Shown: positions 12,756 through 24,833, numbered from the stretch's first letter. The stretch is DNA of 64,000 bases from Neoconidiobolus thromboides FSU 785 (GCA_025603075.1 MU626376.1:495-64494); one strand, 5' to 3'. The notes: generated by a model from the letters alone, not told the origin. Program-made: numbers and translations.

Positions 12756-14358
12756 ATGTATGTAGGCGATATTACTAGCGAATTAAAAACTAATGCAAAT
12801 GGCTCAAAACGATTACCAGAACCACCAAATAGCAAAGGGCCAAAAAATAAAACATCTCCTTATAAAAATCAATATCCAAAATCAACTCCACAGTTGAGCA
12901 ATAGTTCTGTGAGGGATGTAACCAACAGTAATACCAATAGCTCATATCCGAATTCAATGAACTCTTCACCAAGGAAAGTACTTTCTCCAGATTACAATTA
13001 TCAACGAGGAATGTCACCAAGTTTTATTGGAAATAATAAAATCAGTCAGAGCCCATATAACCAAATGAGTAATACACAAAGAACTTCTTATTATAGAGAT
13101 TATAATCAAGACTTTAATGATTATAGACCGGAAAGCAATTATGGTAATCATTATTACGTTAAAAACCAATATACTTCACCACCCAATAATATGGATTATA
13201 TACACTATGATGGACACAACAGGATGAGCAACTATAGCCATAATATTCAATATGAGCAAACTATGCACTTTAATAATGCTTACAACATACCTCCTGGAAA
13301 ATATTCATCTCGAAGAAGTAGTCAGTGTTCAACACCAAATAAAGCCGATTTTGTCGAGCTAAACAATCTTCCAAATCATGTTCGAGCAGCTGGGCAAAAA
13401 GAAGATTTAGAATTAATGTCAAATAAGTTTTCATCAAACTCAAATCAATCTTTAAATGAATATAAGCCTTTTATAGCCAATAATAGTGAGGAGTATGGAG
13501 GGTTTGATCCAAGGCCACCTGCCCATGTTTTAAGACCAGAATCCCAATTTTACGATCAAAGATTAGTTACTAGAGCCAATTTACCTAATCATGTAAATGC
13601 TACTAATTTAAAACATCAAGATAATCAATTTGCTTCACCATCTACTACCTTTGATCCAGCAAGCCATAGAGTTCCAAGCCATGCTAAAACCCCTATAAAA
13701 GAAAAAAGGAGATCATGCTTTGGTTTATGTGGTTGCTCTGGTAAAATGTGTGTTATTGTTACTACCGCTGCCTGTTTCTTTATTGGGTTGATTCTTTTCT
13801 TTTTATGGGTGAGAATTCCTGGCATTTCTCCTAGTTCTGAGTTTAGAATTATATCTGGACCAACTACTACGGTAAATGAAACAATATCTACATTTAAAGC
13901 TCAATTGCAGATAGAACTAAGAATCAATAATCCTAATTTCTATCCACTTTGGCTAAATGAACTAAATGGAAAGGTAGTATCTTTAATTTGTATTTATGGG
14001 TTGATGTTAATTTTATTTAGGTGTATGATATAGGCACCAATAACCAGATAGGAAATGGCAATGTTAAACCGCTTTATGTCCCAATTCAAGGAGAGGCTTT
14101 CACTAATTATACGATAGATATAAATTATTATACATCATCACAACAGGTAAGCTAATTCTAGGGTAATTTAACAGGTTATTAATATTTCTTTAGGATAGAA
14201 CCTTTTTAGATATAATGGCAGCTTGTCCACATGAAGACCAAACAACTACTAGATATCCTCTTGGTTTGTCAACTATTGTTGAAGCAAAATTCAACCTTTT
14301 TACTTGGGCTAACATTATACCTAAAGACTCGTTCAATAGAAATATAGTTTGTCAATAA
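12756..14358 (+). CDS. Type II membrane protein with long N/S/P/Y-rich cytosolic N-terminus and C-terminal LEA_2/WHy-like domain (2 introns)
   Basis: 425-aa ORF with a basic/Cys patch (KRRSCFGLCGC), a TM segment, then LRINNPNFYPL (NPN motif typical of LEA_2). GT-AG introns 13974-14020 and 14147-14193 restore the frame to the TAA at 14356-14358. Confidence 0.75.
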
Positions 14359-14755
14359 TATTTTACACTTTATTAAAATTAATTAGTAATATATATATAA
14401 TATTTAAATATTTATATTTCATGGTTTTATTTATAAAGTGATTTTAAAAGTGACATTAATTTATCTTAATCTTAAATTGCTTTTATTATTATCTAATTTA
14501 GTTTATAAATTATAGTAAAATAAACTATTTTTTAAATAACTCTTGTAAATTCTAAAAATCCTAATCTGGGTAAATTTAAGTCATAATTGCCTCAGTTCAA
14601 ATATAAAAATGGAGGCTTTAAAAGTTTTGGAGTTAAATTAAAACTATTAATTCTGTATCATTATTTATATAATCAGTTTTATTAATTATCATATTTTATA
14701 AAATTTGAACTATCTGGATAATTTACTCGATTGTTCTATTAATTGTATATCTTTC

Positions 14756-17700
14756 TTAATGTTTTGGAGTACTACCGTTATAAGTTGGGTCAAAAATGGA
14801 GTGACGTAGAATATCACGATTGGATCCATTGTTAGCTAATGATAACCTTGAAACATTCAAAGCAGATGTGCTTGCTCTAGGGTTACCTAAAGATCCCATA
14901 GATCTCCAAGGAAGAGATACCTGTCCATTTTGGTCACAAAGAACCATATGTTCACCCATACCTGGGCTATAATTATCGGCTAAAATTGAGTTGATTTCTT
15001 CTTCAGCAGCAACTACTTTAGAAACTCTCCTTAAAGCTATTGGCGACATATAGCCCATATTATCCAAGTTACCAGGATGGTTACTATTTTGAGAGTCTAA
15101 TGTATATTTTGAATTGGCAGCTTCAGGTACATTCAACAAGTTTTTACTGCTATTTCCATACTTATAAGGCTCATTACGAACAGTAGATGGTAAAGAGACT
15201 TGTGTACCATATTGACTTAACACTGCAACAGTTCTTCTACGTTTCTCTCTTTCAAATTCTTCCCAACGTTTCATAACAATGTTACTCGAGTCAAACTCTC
15301 CTTCGTTACTACCGTGTCCAGATTTATCCCCTCCAGCAATCATACGTGTTTGACCCCAACTAAAGTCATCAAAATGCCAGAATGAGTAAATAGGAAGAAT
15401 AAAATTCCAAATAGGTAAAGCTAATAAATAGATAAACATCCAAAAAATATATCCAATTTGGCGAGTAGTTAAAACAATCAAAATAGCAGGAAGACCAAGA
15501 ATTAAAGCTAAAATCACTAATGGAATAGTTGGTGGATTAGGTGCTAAAAAGGCTCTTACTAACAGATAAATAGTGAAGCATATGGCAGACGGTAAAACTA
15601 TTGTACCAATCAATTCCATAAATACAATGAATTGCATTGAAAAACAAAAGGTACCACATAAATCCCTAGTTATTACTAATTCTAATAGATTATGAACAGT
15701 AGAGTTAATCCAACGACGACGTTGAGATAACAAAACGAAGAATGAATCAGGGACAATAGTTTTACAAACAGCTTGAGGAACAAAAATAAGTTTACGCTTT
15801 GGAAATGTACGTAACATGAGAGTTGTTAAATAACGATCTTCACCTAGCAATAGAAGATTCTTTTGATGTAAAGAAATGACTACATTTTCGGAATACTGCT
15901 GTAAAATTTCTGGATTACAAAGAACAGGAACCCAATCTCCGTTACTTTTTGGGGCTTTGATCCGGTACATTGAAAAACAACCTGGGAGACAAGTAACACC
16001 ACCAAAAATAGATTCAAAGGCTTTTGAAAGATGATGGGATATATAGTATTCAAACACTTGAATAGCTGTGACCCAAGATTGAGATTTGTTTGCAATTTTT
16101 GTTTCACCACATAAACCCATCACTTTAGGATCTCTTGAAAAACAAGCTACCATTCTAGTAATAGAATCAGGAGCAACCACAGTATCTGCATCTACCATAA
16201 GTACAGTTTCATAAACATCTGGAGTAACTCCAGAAACATTCCAAAACCCGTTAAAGAGCTCATATTCTAACTCGCTCATACGGTCATCAAATATAGCTTT
16301 TTGTAAAAAGGACATCAATATTACTTGAGAATCTCTTTTACCACGATTACCAGGTTTGGGCCCATTGGCTTCTTCTGGAGTACCGCATTTGACTATTAAA
16401 ACCATAGGAACTCGATTCTTTGAAGGACTATCTGTTTTCTCATTTGCGTCACCTTTCTTTTTATTAGTTTGGTAATAGTAACCAGCATACACTTTAGCCA
16501 TATTGTGTCGTTTAGAACCTTCAGCTATAGCAACATAAGAGTAAGGTTGCACCATATCCGGAGGAATAACAAAATCTTTCATTAAAGATAAACAAATGTC
16601 AGGTGTAGATTTCTCATTTCCTGCACCAGTAATAAGACCATCACAAATTACAAATAATAATTGTCGATTATTTGGATAATTAGTATTTGCTAATGAATCA
16701 AGAGTAGCCTTTATACCAGAAAATCCTTCAGAATAACAAGTCACTAATGAAATAGTATAATGTAATGCAAATCCAAGGTCAGAGTCAATCCCAGGAGGAA
16801 CAAATATGGGTGGACGGTCATAATTGAAGCTTCCTCTTGATTTCATTTCTCCTTCATGAGAATGAATTCCAATTCCTCTAGGTGTAGATAAACAATTAGA
16901 AGAGTTTCTCGCTGAGGGTACTTGTCCAGTACCCATTCTAGAACTAGTGTTATTGATTGGTGTGAAATCTGTAGTAAGTTCTACAGGTAAAGAAGTATCT
17001 GATTCTGTAACACTACTATCCTCACGATCTTCAGCCCAAGCCTCCATTTGGTCATATCTCTTTAATTTATCTTGATAAGTACGTTCATTTAACGATCCTA
17101 ATCTCCAGCTTACAATCCAACTAAAGAAAATAGCCATAAAAAATTTAGAAATTACAACAGCAACAATGACAATTAATATAATATATTGAATCGCAGATGA
17201 AGTTAAACATCCAATGGTACTGGTATCTATCATACCAACTCTTAAAATATCAATCAAACATTTACCAACGCTTGGATCTTCATTAAGCAAAAAATAACTA
17301 ACATCTTTACCAAGATATGGCCTATCTTCTCTTCTAAGATCTGCAACAAAACTGGACATTGCAACAGTACCCGTAAGCCATTTTAATCTATTAAGATCAA
17401 TAACATTACCACCATAAACTACTAATCCATTATTTTTATCTTCTACTTCTTTCCATGTAAAAAACACATTTCCAACTTTTTTTAGCTTTGATAAGGACTC
17501 TTTATGATTAACTGAAAAATGGCAAGAACCATCCGAATTACTTCCTTGTATTGGTGCAGAAGAAAATGGATCAATGGGGAGACATGGAAAATATCTTTGA
17601 GGTTCATCATTATTTGACCCTTCAAAAAATAAGATATCTTTGCAACTACCAGGATTTTGACGCGTTAATGCTTGAAATAGAAAAGAAAGATCTTTTGTAC

Positions 17701-18412
17701 CAGCATTAATTGATTCATTATCCAAAGCAAAACCACCTTCATAACGAATTTTGCCTACCAAAGCTTCTGGATGGACAAAATTTTTAATATTATAAATAAC
17801 CCCATTGATACTTACCATCTCTTTAGTTAGTGTTTTATAAGCCATCTTATTTGTATTTGTATCACCACAAAGAACAGCTTCTAGTGCAAATGTTAAGAAA
17901 CCAAGTGCACCTGAAATTACTACAATAATAAATACTAAACTAATTTTTTCTCTCCATGCTTGTTGTACTTGTCGATTTTTCATACCACACCATTTTAATA
18001 AAAAGGGTGGGAAACAACATGTTACGAGCCAAGAAAATAAGGTCCAAGCTCCGATGGCTTTAGAGCGTTCCCTATCTATCATACGCGATTTTTTTCTAGC
18101 TAAATTCGGATGCCTAGAAGAATTACTTGATACCCATCGTCGAAGCTTAGTTCCGCTTTCTGGTCCATTCGAATCTCTTCTTGCTCTACTTCTTCCTGAT
18201 GCTTTTCTAGAAGGTGTGGCATCTTGTTTCTTTGGCCGAGGTCGAAATGTTTCCCTTTCATTAGGCATGGTTCTTAACTCTAAACTTTGAGGTGATAGTC
18301 CATCCCTATTTGTTAAATCGGTATCAAAATGAAGTGTATCCGCAGAATTAATTAAGCTATTGTTGACTTCATTTGAACCTATATTGACATCTTTTTTTTC
18401 GCTGCTCTTCAT
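14756..18412 (-). CDS. CHS3: Chitin synthase, division 2, class IV (Chs3-like), 1218 aa
   Basis: GT2 motifs DADT, CLPGCF, LGEDRYL and LSQRRRWINST; N-terminal TM pair and cytochrome-b5-like region; no myosin motor. The symbol reflects class similarity, not proven orthology. Confidence 0.95.
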   Translation of the reverse strand: MKSSEKKDVNIGSNEVNNSLINSADTLHFDTDLTNRDGLSPQSLELRTMPNERETFRPRPKKQDATPSRKASGRSRARRDSNGPESGTKLRRWVSSNSSRHPNLARKKSRMIDRERSKAIGAWTLFSWLVTCCFPPFLLKWCGMKNRQVQQAWREKISLVFIIVVISGALGFLTFALEAVLCGDTNTNKMAYKTLTKEMVSINGVIYNIKNFVHPEALVGKIRYEGGFALDNESINAGTKDLSFLFQALTRQNPGSCKDILFFEGSNNDEPQRYFPCLPIDPFSSAPIQGSNSDGSCHFSVNHKESLSKLKKVGNVFFTWKEVEDKNNGLVVYGGNVIDLNRLKWLTGTVAMSSFVADLRREDRPYLGKDVSYFLLNEDPSVGKCLIDILRVGMIDTSTIGCLTSSAIQYIILIVIVAVVISKFFMAIFFSWIVSWRLGSLNERTYQDKLKRYDQMEAWAEDREDSSVTESDTSLPVELTTDFTPINNTSSRMGTGQVPSARNSSNCLSTPRGIGIHSHEGEMKSRGSFNYDRPPIFVPPGIDSDLGFALHYTISLVTCYSEGFSGIKATLDSLANTNYPNNRQLLFVICDGLITGAGNEKSTPDICLSLMKDFVIPPDMVQPYSYVAIAEGSKRHNMAKVYAGYYYQTNKKKGDANEKTDSPSKNRVPMVLIVKCGTPEEANGPKPGNRGKRDSQVILMSFLQKAIFDDRMSELEYELFNGFWNVSGVTPDVYETVLMVDADTVVAPDSITRMVACFSRDPKVMGLCGETKIANKSQSWVTAIQVFEYYISHHLSKAFESIFGGVTCLPGCFSMYRIKAPKSNGDWVPVLCNPEILQQYSENVVISLHQKNLLLLGEDRYLTTLMLRTFPKRKLIFVPQAVCKTIVPDSFFVLLSQRRRWINSTVHNLLELVITRDLCGTFCFSMQFIVFMELIGTIVLPSAICFTIYLLVRAFLAPNPPTIPLVILALILGLPAILIVLTTRQIGYIFWMFIYLLALPIWNFILPIYSFWHFDDFSWGQTRMIAGGDKSGHGSNEGEFDSSNIVMKRWEEFEREKRRRTVAVLSQYGTQVSLPSTVRNEPYKYGNSSKNLLNVPEAANSKYTLDSQNSNHPGNLDNMGYMSPIALRRVSKVVAAEEEINSILADNYSPGMGEHMVLCDQNGQVSLPWRSMGSLGNPRASTSALNVSRLSLANNGSNRDILRHSIFDPTYNGSTPKH

Positions 18413-20065
18413 CTTTTAATTTATATAAATGAAGATATGGATCCAATTTTAAATTTAGTTAAGTAAACTAGTAGTTAAATAAGAATTAAATGAGTATGTA
18501 AAATAATGAAATTAATATAAATGTAAAAGTATGAAAGTAGAAACTAAAATAAATTAAATCTTTTAAGATATAAAAGTTCTCTTTTTAAAAAATTTAAGGA
18601 AATAAATTTATGAGTTATTTTGGGTGTTTGAAGTTTTTAATTTGATTTGAAACTTTTTATTTTTTATTTATATTCTGGGCAATATAAAAAGTTACACAAT
18701 TTTCCATTTTTAAGGAGAGCTTTCCGTATTTTTGCACCACAACTTTCTTAATTTAGTTGTTGTCAATTTCAAAGTTACCAGAACATTGAGTAGTTCCCAT
18801 TAAGATTATCTTAACAAATTAAATGCTGTCATTTTAAAAATAAAAATCATAAGTATAATAAGTTTTCATAACTTTTTAATGAATAAAATAAAAATTAAAC
18901 AGTAAATAGTAAAATCAGTTATTTTTAGCCTTTTAATTCTATGAATAGGTAGTGAAATTCACGATTGGCGGACACGTATTAAAAAACATGAACATAATTG
19001 TACTTTAGAAAGTTCAGTTGAAAATAAGAAGGCTTAATTTTGGGCTGTTAATCTTGTCAGTAAAAGACTATCTATTTTTGATTTCTCCTAAATCATATTA
19101 CTAAATACAGTTAAAAAATTATTAAAAAATGCAACATTTTAGCTATTTTCCAATCTATTCTATTTTACAACTACGTAATGAATCATTTTAATTAGTCTTA
19201 TTTTAAATATACTCTAATAGATATTCACCCAAAATCCATGGATTTATGTTAAATAGTTTTAAATCTTATGTTTTTTGGTAATAAGAATTATGATTATACA
19301 TTTTTAAAAATTCAATTAGATTTTTAAGTTCCAGTTTTCAACTTTGAAAGGCAAATTATATTGGAACTAAGGTCATTGAGTGTATAATTTCCATTTTTAG
19401 AACTTTCATCACTTTCAAAGTAGAAACATATCAACACTTAAATGAATAAATATTTTACGATATTTTGTACACAATCTATTGAAATTCATTATTACACTTT
19501 AATTACAATATTACATATAATCATAACTATATTATTTTTAATAGGGTAAATTGGACTTCAAGTTGAGTTTTACTTGAGAACCTGAAATTGAGCCATCTAC
19601 TTAAAAATACTATATTAATACAAGTAAATATTGTTGTTAAAATAAGAACTATTCTCTAATTATATTCAAAATATTGATAGCTATTTAAATACATCTAATT
19701 AATTCCAAGCTTGGCAAAGATTTCAATTTAATAGTTTAATGATAAAAAAGGATCTATCTCAATAATTGTATATTTGAGTTTCGAATATAATTATAAAGTT
19801 CAGCCATGGATAGTTTTCTAATATAGATTTCGAAGACATCATGAGTTAACCCTATACAAACATTATTTTTTTATAATATTATATTAAATTAGTCTATTCC
19901 AATAATTAAAATGACTTTATTTTCAATGTTTATTTACTTTTATCTTTAATCATTTTTATCTATCATTCTTTAAAATTATATATTCTTTAATATTTCTGAT
20001 AATACAAAAAATAATAGTTTAGCGATCTTAAGTGATATATTCAATACAAATCCTTAACTGTTTAA

Positions 20066-21391
20066 TTACTCATTTCCTTGCTCCACTTTGATCCAGTTTA
20101 ACATAGGCATGTTTATTATTAAATCGTAAAACTCTTTACTTAATGGCACATTATAGGGTAGAATAAGTAATAAGGGATCAGTAAACTCACAATCAATGTT
20201 GATATTGGAATTTTCAAGTAAATTAAACTGTTTGATATGAATTTTTTCTAAGTTTGGGAATAAAGATAGAAAACAAAAAAATTGTAAGGGAGTAAAGGAA
20301 ATAGCATTAACATTAATTTGTTTAATAAATGAGCATTGAATTGGAAAAGGTTCATTGTTTTTTAAACATAATATACAATTAGAAATAATAGAATCTATAT
20401 TGAGAAATAAAGAATCAAAAGTAAGTATTTGTATATTTGATAATCTACTAATTTCATCTAATAATAAGGATGATAACCTTTTCATACTAATCTCCCTTAA
20501 ATTGGTTAATCTTAACATCTTAATATTATCTGAATCTTCTAGAAAACTAAATGAGCCTAATTTAATAATAGTATTACCTTGCTTTAATAATATATTCATA
20601 TTGCTTTCGTTATTTAATTTAAAAAGTGAACTTGAAAGATCATTTAATTTAATATTATTTAATTTACTTAAATTACCAAAACAATTAATATTAAAATCAT
20701 TATCAAAATAACCTTCAATTATTAACTTTAAGTTTGAATTGAAATTAAGTTTGGAATCAAATTCAATAGAGGTTATTATACTTCCTTTGCTTTTTAAATG
20801 TAATAATTTTAACTTATTAAATTCTCTTTTAATTATATCTAATCCATCTACATATATATCATAACTGAAATTTAATTTAAAACTCTCTAACTTCTCCGGA
20901 TTTAGATAATTAATAAAACTTGTAATATCGCCATTGACTGTTTGAAGTTCAAATTGTTCAATTTGATTTAAATACTTACTAATTGGTTTGAAAATTTTAT
21001 TATAATCTCTATTTAAACTATAAATACTTAATCTCTTTAACTTTAATAAATCAATTTCTAATTTATTATTGATATTCTCATCATAGCAAACATAGTAAAA
21101 AATAGATTCAATATTAGGACAATAATTCAAGTAATCTATATTATCACTTGATATGTTTATGTGCTTCATTAGGTTTCCATTACACTTTATATATTCTTGT
21201 TGTAAATTGGAATATGCTTTATATTTATCGTCGTTATAAATTGATAATTTCAAATTGAAATCAATTACTTTATATATAGTTTGATAGAAATGTTTATTTA
21301 AAAAACAATATTGAAAGAGTTCAACTGGATTAATTAATTGGAATACATCGACTAATAATTCATCAGGTAAGTGTTCTAATTTTATAGTCAT
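20066..21391 (-). CDS. F-box protein with LRR-like/RNI-like C-terminus (441 aa)
   Basis: N-terminal LEHLPDELLVDVFQLI..L..C.LNK F-box pattern and recurring LxxLxL motifs (LKLKRLSI, LKLLHL, LREISM, LEKIHI). Confidence 0.8.
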   Translation of the reverse strand: MTIKLEHLPDELLVDVFQLINPVELFQYCFLNKHFYQTIYKVIDFNLKLSIYNDDKYKAYSNLQQEYIKCNGNLMKHINISSDNIDYLNYCPNIESIFYYVCYDENINNKLEIDLLKLKRLSIYSLNRDYNKIFKPISKYLNQIEQFELQTVNGDITSFINYLNPEKLESFKLNFSYDIYVDGLDIIKREFNKLKLLHLKSKGSIITSIEFDSKLNFNSNLKLIIEGYFDNDFNINCFGNLSKLNNIKLNDLSSSLFKLNNESNMNILLKQGNTIIKLGSFSFLEDSDNIKMLRLTNLREISMKRLSSLLLDEISRLSNIQILTFDSLFLNIDSIISNCILCLKNNEPFPIQCSFIKQINVNAISFTPLQFFCFLSLFPNLEKIHIKQFNLLENSNINIDCEFTDPLLLILPYNVPLSKEFYDLIINMPMLNWIKVEQGNE

Positions 21392-21566
21392 CTTTAAATA
21401 TAAAGTGATAAAGAAGTAATGATTATTTTTTCATTTTTAAAATTATTAGTTGAAATTTTGCTTTTAAAAGCATCACGTCATTTGAACAAGTCATAAGTTA
21501 TTTTAATCTAATAATGCTTGTTTATGCATATTGACAAACAATTAAATATCATTTAAAATAAATATA

Positions 21567-21676
21567 TTAAAATTAAGCAAAAATGTAACTATTTTTGTAG
21601 CATTTGATGTTCAATATGTAATTTTTGCTAAAAATCAAAATTGAGTAAAATTTGAATTAAGTTGAACTAAATCCAT
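21567..21676 (+). repeat. Repeat family B copy 1 (~110 bp)
   Basis: Its reverse complement matches 24262-24370 (TTTACTCAATTTTGATTTTTAGCAAAAATTACAT...CAAATGCTACAAAAATAGTTACATTTTTGCTTAATTTTAA). Confidence 0.85.
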
Positions 21677-21677
21677 A

Positions 21678-21772
21678 TAGGGGGTGTATTTTAAGAATTT
21701 TGCTAAAAATCTTTCTGTTCAAATAGCGCTTAAAAAATGGAAAAAGTAATGAAGCAAAAAGAACATCCCCAT
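21678..21772 (+). mobile_element. MITE family A copy
   Basis: AGGGGGTGTATTTTAAGAATTTTG...AAATAGCGCTTAAAAAATGGAAAAAG...ACATCCCCAT; abuts repeat B copy 1. Confidence 0.85.
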
Positions 21773-21952
21773 ATTATTATTCTATAATTAATTTATATTA
21801 TTTATTAAAATTTTGTTGTAACTGAACCACTAACAAATCTATTTCAAACTGTTAAAAAGATTCAAACATAAAAAAATAGATTATTCAGTTAAATTAAAAA
21901 AGAGCGATTATTCAAAGCAAAAGGGGTCGTATAAACAACTTCAATAAACAGC

Positions 21953-23080
21953 TTAATTTATTTCATTTACTAAACCAAGGTTAACATTGGGAATAAAATA
22001 CACTGGTAACATTAAACATAAACTTAAAAGTAAAGAATAAAGTAAAAACCTAAGTTTAAATGTGCAACTTAAACTAGGAATATGAACATTATCCACGGAC
22101 TCATATGGATCTTTAAATATGGAACATTGGCCATTAATTTGACATGTTTTATTATTAGCGGTATGATTTAATAAATAACGATAAAATGGATCTTTACCCC
22201 ATTGAGAAATAGGGGAGGATGGTACAGGTGCTTTTTCAGATGGTGTCATAGTAACTTGTGATTTTTCATCTGAACAACAAGCTTCATTCTTGTTATTAGA
22301 ACAATTTCGACTGGTATGCTTAAATTGATTAACTAATTGAATTGGACAAGAACTAACTACAGTTATAAAGGGTAATAGGTTAGCTAAAAATAATAAAGGT
22401 AAAATAACTAATCGAATTAATGGATCAAGTTGAAATAAGATGAAATTAATTAACATAATAATAATTATTATATATAATAAAATACTTGGAGATAATCTTT
22501 TGACAGTACCACATTGACATTTTAACTTGGAATTATGTAATAGGAATTTAGAATAAGATTGAGATAATATTTCATAACAATGATTAGCAATTGGACTTAA
22601 ACGTTCTGGATTAGTTTCTAAGTAATTATTTAATAAGACTCCTTTCTTTATTGAATAAGCTAAATTCAATTCCATTGGTGCATTAGGTACTAAAAACAGG
22701 TTTAAAATGTCTTGTAATTCATCACAAAATGGAGAAGTTTGTTTACAAAATTGAACTAATTGATCTTCAATGACGATATTATTAGTATTAATAGTAAGTT
22801 GATTTGGGATTAAGTTCTTATCACCTATTGGAATTAAACTCAATATTGAGTTGGGTAAATTACTTGCATCGACTAAAATCTTATATTGCTTGTGATATTG
22901 CTTTTGATTATATCGAATCAAATAGTTATCATACCAAAATAAGAACTCTAAGTTTTCTAAAGTATGTTCATAATAAAATAAATAGTTTCGAAAGTCATGT
23001 AAGGAATAAGGTGGTAAACTGGAATTACTCAAGATATCTTCTAAGCTGGGTTTAGAACTAAATAATTTATTGAAAAACAT
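21953..23080 (-). CDS. RGS-domain protein with C-terminal transmembrane helices (375 aa)
   Basis: SLEDILSNSSLPPYSLHDFRNYLFYYEHTLENLEFLFWYDNY matches the fungal RGS N-terminal pattern; hydrophobic segments follow near residues 200-240 and at the C-terminus. Confidence 0.8.
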   Translation of the reverse strand: MFFNKLFSSKPSLEDILSNSSLPPYSLHDFRNYLFYYEHTLENLEFLFWYDNYLIRYNQKQYHKQYKILVDASNLPNSILSLIPIGDKNLIPNQLTINTNNIVIEDQLVQFCKQTSPFCDELQDILNLFLVPNAPMELNLAYSIKKGVLLNNYLETNPERLSPIANHCYEILSQSYSKFLLHNSKLKCQCGTVKRLSPSILLYIIIIIMLINFILFQLDPLIRLVILPLLFLANLLPFITVVSSCPIQLVNQFKHTSRNCSNNKNEACCSDEKSQVTMTPSEKAPVPSSPISQWGKDPFYRYLLNHTANNKTCQINGQCSIFKDPYESVDNVHIPSLSCTFKLRFLLYSLLLSLCLMLPVYFIPNVNLGLVNEIN

Positions 23081-23090
23081 TGAATGTCCT

Positions 23091-23118
23091 TGTTAATTGT
23101 TAATTGTTAATTGTTAAT
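23091..23118. repeat. (TGTTAAT)x4 tandem repeat immediately upstream of the RGS ATG
   Basis: Four perfect 7-bp units read directly. Confidence 0.9.
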
Positions 23119-23778
23119 TTTTGACTGTTAAGTGTATTATTTAATAAATTATAAAATTATAAAAATTTAAAAGAGAGAGTATTGATGAAAGTTAGAAAGC
23201 ACAGCTTTTAAACAGAGTTGAGAATTAGATGTTGAAAAAGTGTAAATAATAAAGAATAAAAAAGATCTGATTTTATTAGGATCATATTTTTTAGAGCCTC
23301 TAGTTAATTCTCCAATGAAATTTCATGTTCTTTTATTACCCTTAGTTAATAAATTAATAACTAAGGATTTAAAATAAAAATCATCAACTAACTTTATTTT
23401 TAGTAATTTTACAATGTTTAATTTAAAATTTACAAACATAAACTAACATACTTAACCTCTCTTTTGATATCAATTTCAAGTTATTAGAGGTTCTTTAGTC
23501 AATTTTAATTAATCTTTTTCTTTACTTTTATTTTTTTACTTTCATTTTTTTACTTTCATTTTTAAAGTCCCCAACTCCGTTTCAAATTCTTATCTTCTTT
23601 AAATCCTCTAAGGTAAAGTTGTCAACTTTGAAAATGACTACAAAGAGATTCTTTTTAAGAAACAAGAGGCTAATTGAAACCATTGAAAGAAAATTATAAA
23701 TCTGTACTTAAAAAGCTTGGTAACTCTAAAAATAATAGAATAGTGAATAAGATATTATAATTATTATCACCTTATGTT

Positions 23779-23815
23779 TAATAATATTAATAATATTAAT
23801 AATATTAATAATATC
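23779..23815. repeat. (AATAATATT)x4 microsatellite
   Basis: Read directly. Confidence 0.8.
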
Positions 23816-24261
23816 TTGTATTTTTTATTTGAAAATGCTATCAAAAGTATTGTTAATAAATTATGATTGTTAATTTTATTTATACTTTTCTTTTGAAAAA
23901 TGTTTTAATCAATAATAAAACCTTAATTAACTTGAGTATTATTTTTAAATTTTAGTTAAATTGTTAATCTTTAATATAATATTAACACTGAAATAAACTG
24001 AATGTTTGTATGCTTATTGCCAGTTATTTTCTAACTATCAAAAATAATTGGAAATTAAAATAATTAAAAAAAATAGCTTTATGATAAATAAATAAACTAT
24101 TTTCAAATAAATTAGATTATCAAAAAATATTGATATATTAGCAATATAAAGTTACTTATATTAATATTTGTAGCTTAAGTTTTAATTAATTTGATATAAT
24201 AAATTACTCTAACAGTTTAAATATCAAATTTTTAAAACTTGAGTAAAAATAAAAAAAGATG

Positions 24262-24370
24262 TGGGTTAGTTTAGAAGCTTAATTCAAACTTTACTCAATT
24301 TTGATTTTTAGCAAAAATTACATTAAACACCAAATGCTACAAAAATAGTTACATTTTTGCTTAATTTTAA
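24262..24370 (-). repeat. Repeat family B copy 2 (inverted relative to 21567-21676)
   Basis: High identity by eye over about 95-110 bp. Confidence 0.85.
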
Positions 24371-24833
24371 ATTACATTAAAACGTTTTGTCTATTATTTA
24401 ACTAATATATATTTTTAAATTTATGCTACATAAAAAATAATCAAAATGAAATTAAAATCTTTTATTTCTACTTAATCAAGTTTTTAAACTTATTTATACT
24501 AAAAGTTAGAATTTGTTATTAATTGTACTATTAATTAAACCAAATTGTTTTTTAGTTATTAATTAAAACATTTTAATTGCTTCATTTTAATAAATTATTT
24601 ATATATTATTACTAAATTTTACTAAACATAGAATTGGGCATTTTTGATTTTACATTTACTGAGTTGAATCGTATTAATTTTATCTATTTTTGTATTTAGC
24701 AATTACGAGTTAAAAATGCCCAATTTTACGCTTAAAAAAACTAGTTAAATTAAGAACCCAGTCTCAAATTTTCAAGAAAATAGATTTTTTTATTTCAATC
24801 TTTCATAGTTATATCAAGAAAAGTATTGAACAA

